The position numbers and the translations under genes are program-made. From an uncultured delta proteobacterium (GTDB taxonomy: Bacteria; Myxococcota; Myxococcia; Myxococcales; Myxococcaceae), in NCBI GenBank assembly GCA_963771175.1, contig CAVYSY010000022.1:1-64000 (forward strand): a stretch of DNA of 64,000 bases. Direction: 5' to 3'. Of this stretch, positions 1-9,576 are shown one piece after another. Positions within the stretch are counted from its first letter, which is position 1, and every line of letters starts with the position of its first letter. The notes below the pieces were generated by a model. The model saw only the letters and a program-made list of their open reading frames with translations. It was not told where the DNA came from and ran no database searches.

Positions 1-43
1 GGAGTGTCCCCGACGGGATTGGCTCCCGCCGGAGCGCGCTTCG

Positions 44-1627
44 CTACACCGGGGAGATTTCCCGGCGGCGGAAGGGGCGCTCCACTCTCTTGTTCGCCGT
101 GCGCTTGAGGGCTCGGGCCAGCAGCCGCCGCGTGTCGCGCGGGTCCACCACGTCGTCCACCATGGCCATGGCCGCTGTGCGCTCGATGCGGATGTGCTGC
201 CGCAGGCCCTCGGCCAGCTCCTTCTTCATCGCCTCGGCGGCCTCGGGGCTCTCCGCTCCCTGCAGCAGCTTGCGCGCGGCGATGGACACCATGCCCTCCG
301 GCCCCATCACGCCAATCTCCGCCCCAGGCCAGGCCACCAGCAGGTCCGGCTCGAAGGCCCGGCCGTTCATCACGTAGTAGCCCGCGCCGTAGCCCTTGCG
401 CACCACCACCGTGAGCTTGGGCACCGTGGCGCTCGCCGCCGCGTACATCATCTTCGCCCCGTGCCGGATGATGCCCTGCTGCTCCACCTTCGTGCCCACC
501 ATGAAGCCCGGCACGTCCTGCAGGAACACCAGCGGGATGTTGAAGGCGTCGCACAGGTTGATGAAGCGCGCCGCCTTGTCCGCCGCGTTCACGTCCAGGA
601 TGCCCCCCAGGAACATCGAGTTGTTCGCCACGATGCCCACCGGCCAGCCGTCGATCCGCGCCAGGCCCGTGATCAGGTTGCGCGCGAACCTCGGCTTGAG
701 CGGGAAGAACTTCCGGTCATCCACCAGCGACAGGATGACCTTGTGCATGTCGAACGCCTGCCGCGGGCTGTCCGGCACCACCTTCAACAGGTCCTCGTCC
801 CTCCGGTCGAACGGGTCCGACGACGGCTTGCGCGGAGGCTTGTCCTCGCAGTGCGAGGGGAAGAAGGACAGGTACTCGCGGATGGCGGTGATGCAGGCCG
901 CGTCGTCCGGGTACTCGGCGTCCGCCACGCCGGAGAGCTCGTTGTGGACCTTCGAGCCGCCCAGTTCCTCCTCCGTCACCTTCTCGCCCACCACGGACTC
1001 CACGAGGTACGGCCCGCCGATGGCGATGGAGCTCGTGCCCTTCACCATCGGCACGAAGTCCGCCAGCGCGGGGATGTAGGCCGTGCCGGCCGCCCCGGGG
1101 CCCACCATCGCCGCCACCTGTGGCACCACCCCGCTCATCACCACCTGCTCGCGGAAGAGGTACCCCGTGTCCGCGAAGCTCGCGAGGCGCCTCGGGTCGA
1201 TGTCGCCCCCCGCCTCGAGTCGCGCCCCCGCCGAGTCCACCAGCCACACCATCGGTATCCGGTTCTTCAGCGCGAGATCCCTGAGCCTCGCCACCTTGCG
1301 CTCGCCCACCGTCCCGATGGAGCCGCCGAACACCGTGAAGTCGTAGATGGCCGCCGCCACCGGCCGGCCGTCGATCTCTCCGACGCCCGTGATGACGCCG
1401 TCCGCCGGCGAGGGCCTGTTCGGGTCCTCCTCCTCGGGGAGGTTGCCCTCCGCTCCCGCCAGCAGCCCCATCTCCTCGAAGGTGCCCTCGTCGAACAGCC
1501 GCTTCAGGCGCTCGCGAGCGGTCAACTTCCCCTTGGCGTGCTGGCGCTCGATGCGCTCCGGCCCGCCCATGCCCTCGTTGCGCCGGCGCTGCTCCTCCAG
1601 CTTTTCCACCCGGTCCTTCATCTTCAT
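44..1627 (-). CDS. Acyl-CoA carboxylase, carboxyltransferase (beta) subunit
   Basis: 527 aa ORF with GKLTARER, ADGVITG, DFTVFGGS, DSAGAR, ARFINLCDAFNIPL, DVPGF and GIIRHGAK motifs of the PccB/MccB family. Confidence 0.95.
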   Translation of the reverse strand: MKMKDRVEKLEEQRRRNEGMGGPERIERQHAKGKLTARERLKRLFDEGTFEEMGLLAGAEGNLPEEEDPNRPSPADGVITGVGEIDGRPVAAAIYDFTVFGGSIGTVGERKVARLRDLALKNRIPMVWLVDSAGARLEAGGDIDPRRLASFADTGYLFREQVVMSGVVPQVAAMVGPGAAGTAYIPALADFVPMVKGTSSIAIGGPYLVESVVGEKVTEEELGGSKVHNELSGVADAEYPDDAACITAIREYLSFFPSHCEDKPPRKPSSDPFDRRDEDLLKVVPDSPRQAFDMHKVILSLVDDRKFFPLKPRFARNLITGLARIDGWPVGIVANNSMFLGGILDVNAADKAARFINLCDAFNIPLVFLQDVPGFMVGTKVEQQGIIRHGAKMMYAAASATVPKLTVVVRKGYGAGYYVMNGRAFEPDLLVAWPGAEIGVMGPEGMVSIAARKLLQGAESPEAAEAMKKELAEGLRQHIRIERTAAMAMVDDVVDPRDTRRLLARALKRTANKRVERPFRRREISPV

Positions 1628-1701
1628 GGTGTGGCCTCCCAGGAGAATCGGGGGCTACCTTGCCAGAGCCGCGCGCGCCCCCGGAAGGCTAGAGTGGGGC
1701 G

Positions 1702-2760
1702 GTGTCTTCCATCGCATCATGTGTTCTCGCCCTGGCTCTTGGGGCCGTGCTCGCCGGTTGTTCCGAGCCCCCCTCGGAACTCCGGCGTGCCGCCCGCGTG
1801 GAGGGCCGCGTCGAGCTGGCGGGCCTCGCTCGGGGCAATGCGTACCTGTTCCTGTTCGCTCCCGATGAGGCTCCTCCGGAGACCCGCGGCGAGCCGAGGT
1901 TCGTGGCCGCAGTGCCCGAGGTGCGTCTCGCCGCCGGGGATACTCGCTTCCGGTTCTCCGAGGTGGGCCCCGATGTGTACCGGCTGTGGGGGTTCCTCGA
2001 TTCCAATGGGGATGCGGATCTCACCGTGGACGTACTCGCGCAGCCGGGGGGAGGGGATTGGGTGCCCGCGTCCTCCGTCGAGCTGAATGTGCAGCCGGGG
2101 CAGGTGCTGCCAGCGGACCTCGTGCTGCCGCGCCGGATCCAGCGTCCGCTCCCCGCGTTCCAGGTGGTGGAGCAGGGGGAGGGGGGCGTGGTGAGTCTGA
2201 CGGACTCGGCCACGGCGATCGTCTCGTTCACCGTGAAGAGCGAGGGTCTTGGGATGCTGCGCGGGGACGCGCCCCGGTTCTTCGTCCGGCTCGCGGACGC
2301 GAATGGGGATGGGACCCCGGATGATGTGAACGGAGATGGGGTGGTCGACCTGTGGCCCCAGTTCTTCCTGCGTTTCGTGCCCAAGCCCGGACAGACCGTG
2401 CCCCTCGACAGCCTGGGGCGGCCCGCGCGGGTCATCGTGCCCCTGTTGCCCAATGCGACCCCGTTCCTCACGAGCCTCCAGGGGGATGTGGGCCGGGAGG
2501 TTGCCGTCGAGTTGCTGCAGCTCTTCGTCATCCCGTTCGCTCAGGCCATCACCGAGGAGCCTGGGACGGGGCGGGTGGTGACCACGCTCGGTGCCGTGCC
2601 GGTGGGGGATTACGAGCTGTGGGCCGTGAACGAGGAGGGGGGCTTCTGGTTTGTCCCCAATGACCTGGGCCAGCGGAGTGTGGAGCCCGTGCCGAGCCAG
2701 GCGCTGCGGTTCCGAGTGCTCCACGCCGGTGGCGCGGACGCCGGAGCGGGCTCTCCGTAG
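1702..2760 (+). CDS. Hypothetical lipoprotein with DxNGDG Ca-binding-like loops
   Basis: Hydrophobic signal with lipobox LAG-C; repeats DSNGDAD, DANGDG, DVNGDG; GC3-rich codon usage. Confidence 0.75.
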   Translation: MSSIASCVLALALGAVLAGCSEPPSELRRAARVEGRVELAGLARGNAYLFLFAPDEAPPETRGEPRFVAAVPEVRLAAGDTRFRFSEVGPDVYRLWGFLDSNGDADLTVDVLAQPGGGDWVPASSVELNVQPGQVLPADLVLPRRIQRPLPAFQVVEQGEGGVVSLTDSATAIVSFTVKSEGLGMLRGDAPRFFVRLADANGDGTPDDVNGDGVVDLWPQFFLRFVPKPGQTVPLDSLGRPARVIVPLLPNATPFLTSLQGDVGREVAVELLQLFVIPFAQAITEEPGTGRVVTTLGAVPVGDYELWAVNEEGGFWFVPNDLGQRSVEPVPSQALRFRVLHAGGADAGAGSP

Positions 2761-2859
2761 TCATCTGCAATCGAGGGGGGGCATCATGCAGCCCGGCTCT
2801 GCCACGGGTCGTCTCACCGTGGATTGCCCATCGGCCACTGACGAGCGGTTCAGGTCCCC

Positions 2860-3369
2860 TCAGGCGGTGCGATCTATCTGCTCGAAGCGCTGGAGGAGCC
2901 GGAGTGACGGCAGGTCGAGCGCGGAGCTTAGGCGGGCGCCTCGGATGACGAGCTCGGAGGGCCTCGTGACGAGGTAGAGGGCCTCCCAGGCGAAGTCGGG
3001 GCCGACGAAGCACCAACTGTCTCCGTCGGGCAGCAGCCCCACCTTCCACGCGGGCCGCACGTAGTGCTTGTAGCCCCACAGCTCGTCTCGACTCACTCCC
3101 GCCTCAAAGGGCACATGCGGATCGAGGAGCAGGGGAGCATGGTGCCCCTCGGGGTCGACCACCACGAGGCGCTCCCCCGGCGGCACGAGGGTCCGGAACG
3201 CACCGAGCACTCCCGCCTGCAGCTCGATGATCTCCTCGGCCATCGCTTCGTCATAGGGCGAGAAGTCGTCGGGGATGCGGTACCGCGCCACCTCGCCCAC
3301 CCGCTCCAGCACCGACAGGGCCGGAGCCTCTCTCGGGTCGTCGAAGTCGAGCTCGTCCCAGGCGATCAT
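2860..3369 (-). CDS. Hypothetical protein, DUF2716-like
   Basis: 169 aa ORF starting 6 bp after the upstream minus-strand gene; W..LLPDGD...F...DF segment resembles DUF2716 as recalled. Confidence 0.55.
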   Translation of the reverse strand: MIAWDELDFDDPREAPALSVLERVGEVARYRIPDDFSPYDEAMAEEIIELQAGVLGAFRTLVPPGERLVVVDPEGHHAPLLLDPHVPFEAGVSRDELWGYKHYVRPAWKVGLLPDGDSWCFVGPDFAWEALYLVTRPSELVIRGARLSSALDLPSLRLLQRFEQIDRTA

Positions 3370-3375
3370 CTTCCA

Positions 3376-4920
3376 TTACCCCGAGAGGCGGCGGACCCAG
3401 TCGAAGTACGTGGCCCTCGGATCCTCCAGCGGATTGCGGAACAGCGCCCGGAGGTCCGCCCGGTCCACCTGGTCCCCGTCGAAGCCCCGGTAGAGCGCGT
3501 CTCCCAGCTGGTAGCCCAGCGCGTGGCTGACTCCGTGGAAGAGCCGGTCCTTGCGCAGCGGCAGCAGCTTCACCGCCTCGTCCGGCACCTCCACCTCCGC
3601 CGCCTTGTGCGCCAGCACGAACGCGGCGATCTGCCGCTCCACCCCTCGTGCCTCGGCGAAGCGCAGCGCCCACTCGCCCGGCCCCGGGCAGCTCCGCCTC
3701 GGGTTCACCAGCTTCGAGCCGAAGAACCCCAGCGCCTCCTCCAGGCACCGCGCGTAGAACGCATCCGAGGCCCGACGAGGCGCCTCCATCGCATCTCCCA
3801 CCGCGCAGTGCCGCACGAAGTGCGCCGCCTCCTCGGCCGCGTGGTTCAGCGACAGCGACGCCAGGTACGCCATCCGCGCCCGGGGGATGTAGCAGCTCTC
3901 GCGCGAGAGGATGTGCCGCCGCAGCTGCACCAGCTCCCCCTGCGTGAAGCGCCCCCGCTGCTGGATGCGCATCAGCGCGTCCTCGTCCGCCGCCGTCACC
4001 ACCTCCACCTCGTCCAGCGCCCGTCCCACCGGCACTCCCGCCAGCCGGCCGATGAGGCTCGCCATCTCCCGGAAGCGCTCGGCCGCGCTCCGGTCCCTCA
4101 GCGGCGAGTCCCCGGACTCCGCCTCCAGGTAGTCCAGGAAGCTCTGCTGGCACACCACCGGCGACGCGTTCAGCAGGCACAGCGAGCCGTCCGCCAGCTC
4201 CACCGCCTGCGCCACCCCCGCCTTCCCCTCGCGCGCCAGCCGCCAGTAGACGCCCTCGGCGTTCTGGTACACCACCAGCCCGCGCAGCCCGTGCCCCTCT
4301 CCCAGTGCCCGCTCCACCTGCGCCGGAAGGTGGCAGGGCGCCACGTGGTACTGGCCCACCAGCACCAGCACCCGGGGTCGATCCTCCGCTCGTGCCGCTC
4401 GGGCGATCCGCTCCGCCGCGTACGCGTCCCGCAGCTCCAGGGAGCGCTCACCCTGGGCTCGTCGGTCGATGCCCACCACCCCCAGGTGATGACGCTTCGC
4501 GTAGGCCAGCAGCGCCCGAAGGCCGGACCAGGAGCCCGTGCCATGCCCCAGCCGGGCCAGCAACGCGCGCTCCGCGAGGCGACCCGCCAGGTAGGCATCC
4601 ACCGCCGCCTGATGCCGGCCCTCCACGCTCTCGAGCGCCAGTACCACCCGGCGGCCGGCCTCACGCACGCCCTCGACCAGCTCCTGGTACGTCTCCTGGG
4701 CCAGCGGCAGCGTGTGGTAGTCGCCCACGTACACCACGTCCGCCGCCTGCACCTGCTGGAACACCGCCGAGGCCGGCAGCACCCGCTTGTACTCGGAGGT
4801 CCGCCGACGGTAGCGGGCCTCGTAGGATCGGAAGGACGCCGACTGCCCCTCGATGGCCCGGGAGATCTGGGCCTTCTGACGGCGGAACAGGGCGAGGTGG
4901 AGGGCGAGCGACGCGCGCAT
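3376..4920 (-). CDS. ChaN/Tiki-superfamily domain protein with a C-terminal zincin-like extension
   Basis: ADVVYVGDYH, ALESV, RDAYAA and LVGQYHV match ChaN-family motifs; no signal peptide. Confidence 0.75.
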   Translation of the reverse strand: MRASLALHLALFRRQKAQISRAIEGQSASFRSYEARYRRRTSEYKRVLPASAVFQQVQAADVVYVGDYHTLPLAQETYQELVEGVREAGRRVVLALESVEGRHQAAVDAYLAGRLAERALLARLGHGTGSWSGLRALLAYAKRHHLGVVGIDRRAQGERSLELRDAYAAERIARAARAEDRPRVLVLVGQYHVAPCHLPAQVERALGEGHGLRGLVVYQNAEGVYWRLAREGKAGVAQAVELADGSLCLLNASPVVCQQSFLDYLEAESGDSPLRDRSAAERFREMASLIGRLAGVPVGRALDEVEVVTAADEDALMRIQQRGRFTQGELVQLRRHILSRESCYIPRARMAYLASLSLNHAAEEAAHFVRHCAVGDAMEAPRRASDAFYARCLEEALGFFGSKLVNPRRSCPGPGEWALRFAEARGVERQIAAFVLAHKAAEVEVPDEAVKLLPLRKDRLFHGVSHALGYQLGDALYRGFDGDQVDRADLRALFRNPLEDPRATYFDWVRRLSG

Positions 4921-5028
4921 GGGCGATCACAACTCGCACGCGCCCGCCACCCCGGCAAAAATTCGGCGGTCTGGTCCACCCCCCTTCCTTGACGCGCCGA
5001 TCCCCCCGGGAGACCATTTGGGCTACCC

Positions 5029-7828
5029 GTGAAGTCCGTTATTTCGAGCCCACGCCCCGTTCTCCTCGCGCTCGTGCTGCTGGCGGCACTGCCCGTCCAC
5101 GCCCAGGAGCAGCAGTCGTCGCTGCTCCACACCGCGCCCGCCCAGGCAGAGCCCGGGACGGCGCTCGTGGTCGATGGCGTCGTCACCGGGCCCCAGCGCA
5201 TCGCGCGTCGTCATCCGCTACCGCGGCCCTGGCGAGCCCTACTCCGAGATGCCCATGGAGTTGCAGTACGGCGACCTCTACCGGGGTGTCATCCCCGAGA
5301 TGAACATGGTTCCGCCGGGCGTCGAGTACTACGTGGAGGGCTTCACCCCCAGCGGCGACCGCGTGCCTCTCTTCAAGAGCGCCACCCGGCCCGCCCGCGT
5401 CATCATCGTCGGCCAGGTGCCCACCGCTCGCTCCCCGCTCCCCGCGTCACGGCCGGGCCAGGAGCCGCCGCCTCCCACGCGGACTCCGCCCCCGTCCTCG
5501 ACGAGCCGCACCTCCGAGCCCGTCCGCAAGGGCGAGCCCGCCCCGAGGACCGAGCGCAAGCCCGGCCGTGGCTCCGAGTCCGATGACGCCATGGCTGCCC
5601 TGACGGCCGAGCTGCCCCCCGAGAGCGACTCCTCCGCTTCCCGTCCGGCCTCCACGAGAGCCTCCCGCACCTCCGAGCCCGCGGAGCCCGCTCCGCAGCG
5701 CTCGGAATTCGAGGAGGACCTGGCGCTCTACACGGCCGAGGACACCCTGGCGCTCGCCACCCGGCACGAGGAGAAAGTGAAGAAGGTGCCCGCCATCGCC
5801 GCTTCCTTCGGGCGGGATCAGATCCGCGCGCTCGGAGCGCGCACCGTGGCGGACGTGCTGGACGTGGTGCCTGGCCTGACCATCAGTCGGGACGTGCAGG
5901 GCTTCCACCGCGTCGCCGTCCGCGGCCTGCGCAACGACGCCGAGGTGCTCTTCCTCCTCAACGGCCATCGCCTCAACAGCTTCTTCGACGGCAAGGCCTT
6001 GATGAACCTGCCGGTGGAGAACCTCGAGCGCATCGAGGTCATCCGCGGGCCCGGCTCGTCGCTGTATGGCGCCGGAGCGTTCCTCGGCGTGGTGAACATC
6101 GTCACCCACCGTGCCGAGGGCATCCTCGCCGCCGTCTCCGGCGGAGGCTTCCCCGCGCTCGATGACCGGCTCGCCACCACCTTCGATGGCCATGTGACGG
6201 GGGCCCACTCCTTCGGCGGCTTCAAGCTCTTCGGTGACGCGGACGTCTGGTACCAGGCGGGCGACTCGTCCCCCATCGAGAAGGACGCGCTCGACGCGGA
6301 GACGATCTCCCAGAAGCTGCGCGAGCCGTTGGATCCCGCCGGCTATACCCATGACGAGCGCTTCCTCCTCAACCTGGGCCTGGGGTTCGACCTCGAGGTG
6401 ACGCCCAAGGGCCACCTCAACGTCTCCGCGCGCATGCTCGCCGAGGATCGCTCCGCCCTGGTGGGCCTCTTCGATTCCGTGGGCGAGGACTCGCGCCTGG
6501 GTTGGCAGATGCTGCTCGGCGACATCACCTACGAGCACGAGCTGAGCGATCGGGCCCGCCTGCGCGCGCGCCTCTACGGCGATCAGCAGAGCACGGACCG
6601 GCTCTTCCAGATCGGCCCGGACAACTTCCGCGTCGGCCCCGACGACAACCAGCTCTTCCCCGAGGGCATGCTCGAGCAGACCCGCGTCACCGTACGCTCG
6701 CTGGGGGCCAGCATCGACTCGGACATCACCCTGTTCGAGGGCAACCGCCTCTCGCTGGGCGCCGTCTCCGAGCTGCAGATGCTGGGCGCCTACGGTTACG
6801 AGACCAACTACACCCTGGACAACCGGCGCCGGCCCTCGCTCACCACGCCCGAGGGAGTGGTGGACATCCTGAACCTCGCGGGCGGGGCGGCCTCGCGGCG
6901 CCTGTCCTTCGGCCTCTTCGCGCAGGATCAGTGGACGGTGGTGGAGCCGCTCACGCTCACCTTCGGCGTGCGCCTGGACTCCATGCAGCTCCCGACCGTG
7001 GACTCCGCCACCAACACCATTACCGGCACCCACCTGGTGACCAACATCAATCCCCGCGTGGGGCTCGTCTTCTCCGCCACGGACTCGCTCGTCCTCAAGC
7101 TGCTCTACGGCCGCGCCTTCCGTCCGCCCACGCTCCAGGAGCTGGTGGAGACCATCCCCGACAGCTACTACAACCAGGGCCGCTTCGAGGGCAACCCGGC
7201 CCTGCAGCCCGCCGTGGTGAACACGGTCGAGGCCGGCGCGGACCTCGTCCAGTCCGCCGGCGAGTCGCGCGTGCGCCTGCGCGCCAACGCCTTCTTCCAG
7301 AGCTTCTCCAACCCCATCATGGCCGTGGACACCTCGGGCAACATCGTCCCGATGCGCAACCGCGAGCTGGGGGTGCTCGTCTACGGCGTGGAGGGCGAGG
7401 CCCGCCTGGAGGCCTCCAAGCGCGCCACCGCCTGGGTCAACGCCAGCCTCTTCCGCGCCGAGGACGAGGAGCTGCCCGCCAACCACAAGTACCTCACCGA
7501 CACCCCCCAGGCGCGCTTCAACGCCGGCATGTCCATGCCCATCGGCGACTTCATCAACTTCGACCTCGTGGTGCGCGCGGGCGCCGAGCGGCGCAACAAC
7601 ACCCGCTCCGTGCTGGAGCTCATCCGCCGCTACAAGATTCCCGCCTACAGCCTCATCACCGCGCAGGTGCGCACCGAGCCCATCGGCGACCACTTCGAGC
7701 TGGCCGTCGTGGTGCAGAACGTCTTCGACTCCGATATGCGCGACGACGTCCCCCGGCCGGACCGCATGCCCAGCCTGGTTCCGCGCGAGGGCGTCTCCGC
7801 CTTCCTCACCCTGAGGGCCCGCAATTGA
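5029..7828 (+). CDS. TonB-dependent receptor with N-terminal extra domain and Pro/Ser-rich linker (one frameshift near 5205)
   Basis: Signal peptide from GTG 5029 joins ORF 5174-7828; plug motifs TVADVLDVVPGL and LERIEVIRGPGSSLYG; barrel motifs YGRAFRPPTLQEL, GNPALQP and QNVFD. Confidence 0.9.
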
Positions 7829-8667
7829 TGTCCCGCACGCTCTCCGCCGCACTCCTCGCCGTGGTCCTCGCGCCGGGCTTCGGCTGCCTCCAGTTCAACG
7901 ATCCCTGCCAGCCGCTGGTGGACGATCCGGAATCCATCGTCGGCTACCTGGCCGACGACGTCTTCCTCGACAAGCCCTTCGCCCGCCACGACAACCAGGC
8001 GCTCGGGCAGCTCGCCGCGGATGCCTTCCGCCATGCCGAGGACTCCTCGAAGGCACCCGCGGAGCTGGGCATCGTCAATGGGGGCTCCCTGCGCGCCGAG
8101 GGTCTGTGCATCACCCGCACCGTCATCCCCAAGGGCCCCCTGAAGAACGGCCTGCTGCACGAGGTGCTGCTCTTCGAGAACGCCGTGGTGACGGTGGACC
8201 TCACCGAACAGCAGCTCGTGGACATGTTCGAGCACTCGGTGGAGGGACTGTTCCCGGAGAATCAGCCCATCGTCTCGCCGTCCGGAGCCTTCCTGCAGGT
8301 GTCCGCGGGCACCACGGTGCAGGTGGACTGCTCGCTCCCCAAGGGGCAGCGCGTGGTGGGGCTGAAGGTGAACGACCGCACGGTGCCGCTGCCTCCGCGC
8401 GCGGATGCGAGCATCCGCTACCGCGTGGCCATGCCCGGCTTCCTCCTCCAGGGAGGAGACAACTACGGCACCATCTTCAAGGACGCGGCTTCGGACCTCT
8501 CGCGCAATCCGGTGACGGCGCGCACGGAGGCGGGCAGGGCCACGGACGCCAACCTCACCGAAGCCTGGATGCGGGTGAAGTACCCGAACGAGTCCCAGGC
8601 TCTCAAGGAGGAAGGCCGTGTCGTCTTCATCAACTGCGCTCGCCCCGGCCGGCCCGGGGTGAAGTAG
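7828..8667 (+). CDS. Exported protein (probable lipoprotein) consisting of a 5'-nucleotidase C-terminal domain only
   Basis: ATG overlaps the receptor TGA; signal peptide ending FG-C; motifs LGQLAADAF, NGGSLR, LLFENAVV, GAFLQVS and GGDNY. Confidence 0.85.
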   Translation: MSRTLSAALLAVVLAPGFGCLQFNDPCQPLVDDPESIVGYLADDVFLDKPFARHDNQALGQLAADAFRHAEDSSKAPAELGIVNGGSLRAEGLCITRTVIPKGPLKNGLLHEVLLFENAVVTVDLTEQQLVDMFEHSVEGLFPENQPIVSPSGAFLQVSAGTTVQVDCSLPKGQRVVGLKVNDRTVPLPPRADASIRYRVAMPGFLLQGGDNYGTIFKDAASDLSRNPVTARTEAGRATDANLTEAWMRVKYPNESQALKEEGRVVFINCARPGRPGVK

Positions 8668-8697
8668 GGCCGGCGGCGGGGGGCGCGTCCGTCTGGA

Positions 8698-8916
8698 CTA
8701 CGACGCGTCGCCCGGACCGTCGGGCTGCCCCGTCGGCGTGGGCCCGAACACGTCGTTGGGCGATGGCATCTTGCGGAGGTCGGCGCGGGCCACCTTCCAC
8801 GCCTGTTGGACGATCCACGAGAGCGAGCGGTCCTGCCGCGTCGCCTCACGCTGGATCTCCTCCAGCATGTCCTCGGGGAAGTAGAGACTCTGTTTTCGAT
8901 GATCGGTGGCTGCCAT
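8698..8916 (-). CDS. cdbB: c-di-GMP/DNA-binding ribbon-helix-helix protein CdbB (TIGR04563 family)
   Basis: RKQSLYFPEDML...RQDRSLSWIVQQAW; second gene of the tandem pair. Confidence 0.88.
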   Translation of the reverse strand: MAATDHRKQSLYFPEDMLEEIQREATRQDRSLSWIVQQAWKVARADLRKMPSPNDVFGPTPTGQPDGPGDAS

Positions 8917-8921
8917 GGGGC

Positions 8922-9134
8922 CTAGGACCTTCCTTCCTCTCGGGGATCCTGTCGCTCGTCGCCCGTTACGTCGTTGACCGCCGGGAAGGACTTGATTCGC
9001 TCACGGGCGATCTTCCAGGCCTGCTGGACGACCCACGAGAGCGAACGATCCTGGCGATTGGCCTCCTCCTGGATCTCCTTGAGCATCTCCTCGGGGAAGT
9101 AGAGGGACTGCTTACGCTTGTCGGTGCCTGCCAT
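8922..9134 (-). CDS. cdbA: c-di-GMP-binding nucleoid-associated ribbon-helix-helix protein CdbA
   Basis: 70 aa MAGTDKRKQSLYFPEEMLKEIQEE..., recognised as closely matching M. xanthus MXAN_4361; divergent from tilS as in M. xanthus. Start is 9134, not 9617. Confidence 0.92.
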   Translation of the reverse strand: MAGTDKRKQSLYFPEEMLKEIQEEANRQDRSLSWVVQQAWKIARERIKSFPAVNDVTGDERQDPREEGRS

Positions 9135-9265
9135 ACCTGGGTCTCCGGAGCGGATACGAGGTGACGACCTGAACACACCGGGGCCGTTATCCGACAGACC
9201 TTCTGACGGGTCAACGGTTTCGGAGTGCGCCCGCACCGTATGCATGCGGGCTGACGTCGTCCGGG

Positions 9266-9325
9266 AAAAAAAACACCCGCAAAAGGGAACGCCCCGGGTT
9301 CTCGACTGAGAACCCGGGGCGCTCC
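9266..9325 (-). terminator. Intrinsic terminator
   Basis: 18-bp stem GGAGCGCCCCGGGTTCTC/GAGAACCCGGGGCGTTCC with a 4-nt loop, followed by CTTTT and a later T8 run. Confidence 0.75.
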
Positions 9326-9405
9326 GGAAAGAAGGACCGCCAGGACATATCCCGGCGGCCCCGTGGGCCCAGAGGGGGAGGGGGGGGACCCCTAGGCCCA
9401 ACTCC
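9281..9405 (-). ncRNA. Candidate three-stem-loop small RNA or structured leader upstream of cdbA
   Basis: Three consecutive hairpins (9364-9400, 9333-9362, 9286-9325) followed by a U-tract; TAAAAT -10-like box at 9412-9417 on the minus strand. Confidence 0.55.
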
Positions 9406-9576
9406 GTCAAAATTTTATGTTCAGAACATTCCTGGTCGCATCCAACATTCCCCACCGCCCTCTTTTCCCCGACCCTCGCGACCTGCAGGACGATCATAAG
9501 AATCGTCTTCGGCACCTTCAACCGACCGCATCCGGTGTAACCCGAGTCGCCAGATTCTGATTCCTTCCCCTGTTCA

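Noticed and set aside
194..2086. Long opposite-strand or alternative-frame ORFs (e.g. 194-2086, 3064-4992, 5447-7852, 10070-12832, 23978-26581, 31493-33493)
   Set aside because: Shadow ORFs of real genes, expected from high GC3; no recognisable motifs
4989..5017. TTGACG-N17-GACCAT promoter-like pair before the TonB receptor
   Set aside because: The -10 match is weak; it cannot be supported without TSS data
6502..7827. 721-aa ORF appearing to extend the 5'-nucleotidase-C protein
   Set aside because: The upstream part is an off-frame read of the TonB receptor; the signal peptide starts at 7828
9135..9420. c-di-GMP riboswitch in the cdbA leader
   Set aside because: I could not find class I or class II c-di-GMP aptamer consensus features on the coding strand
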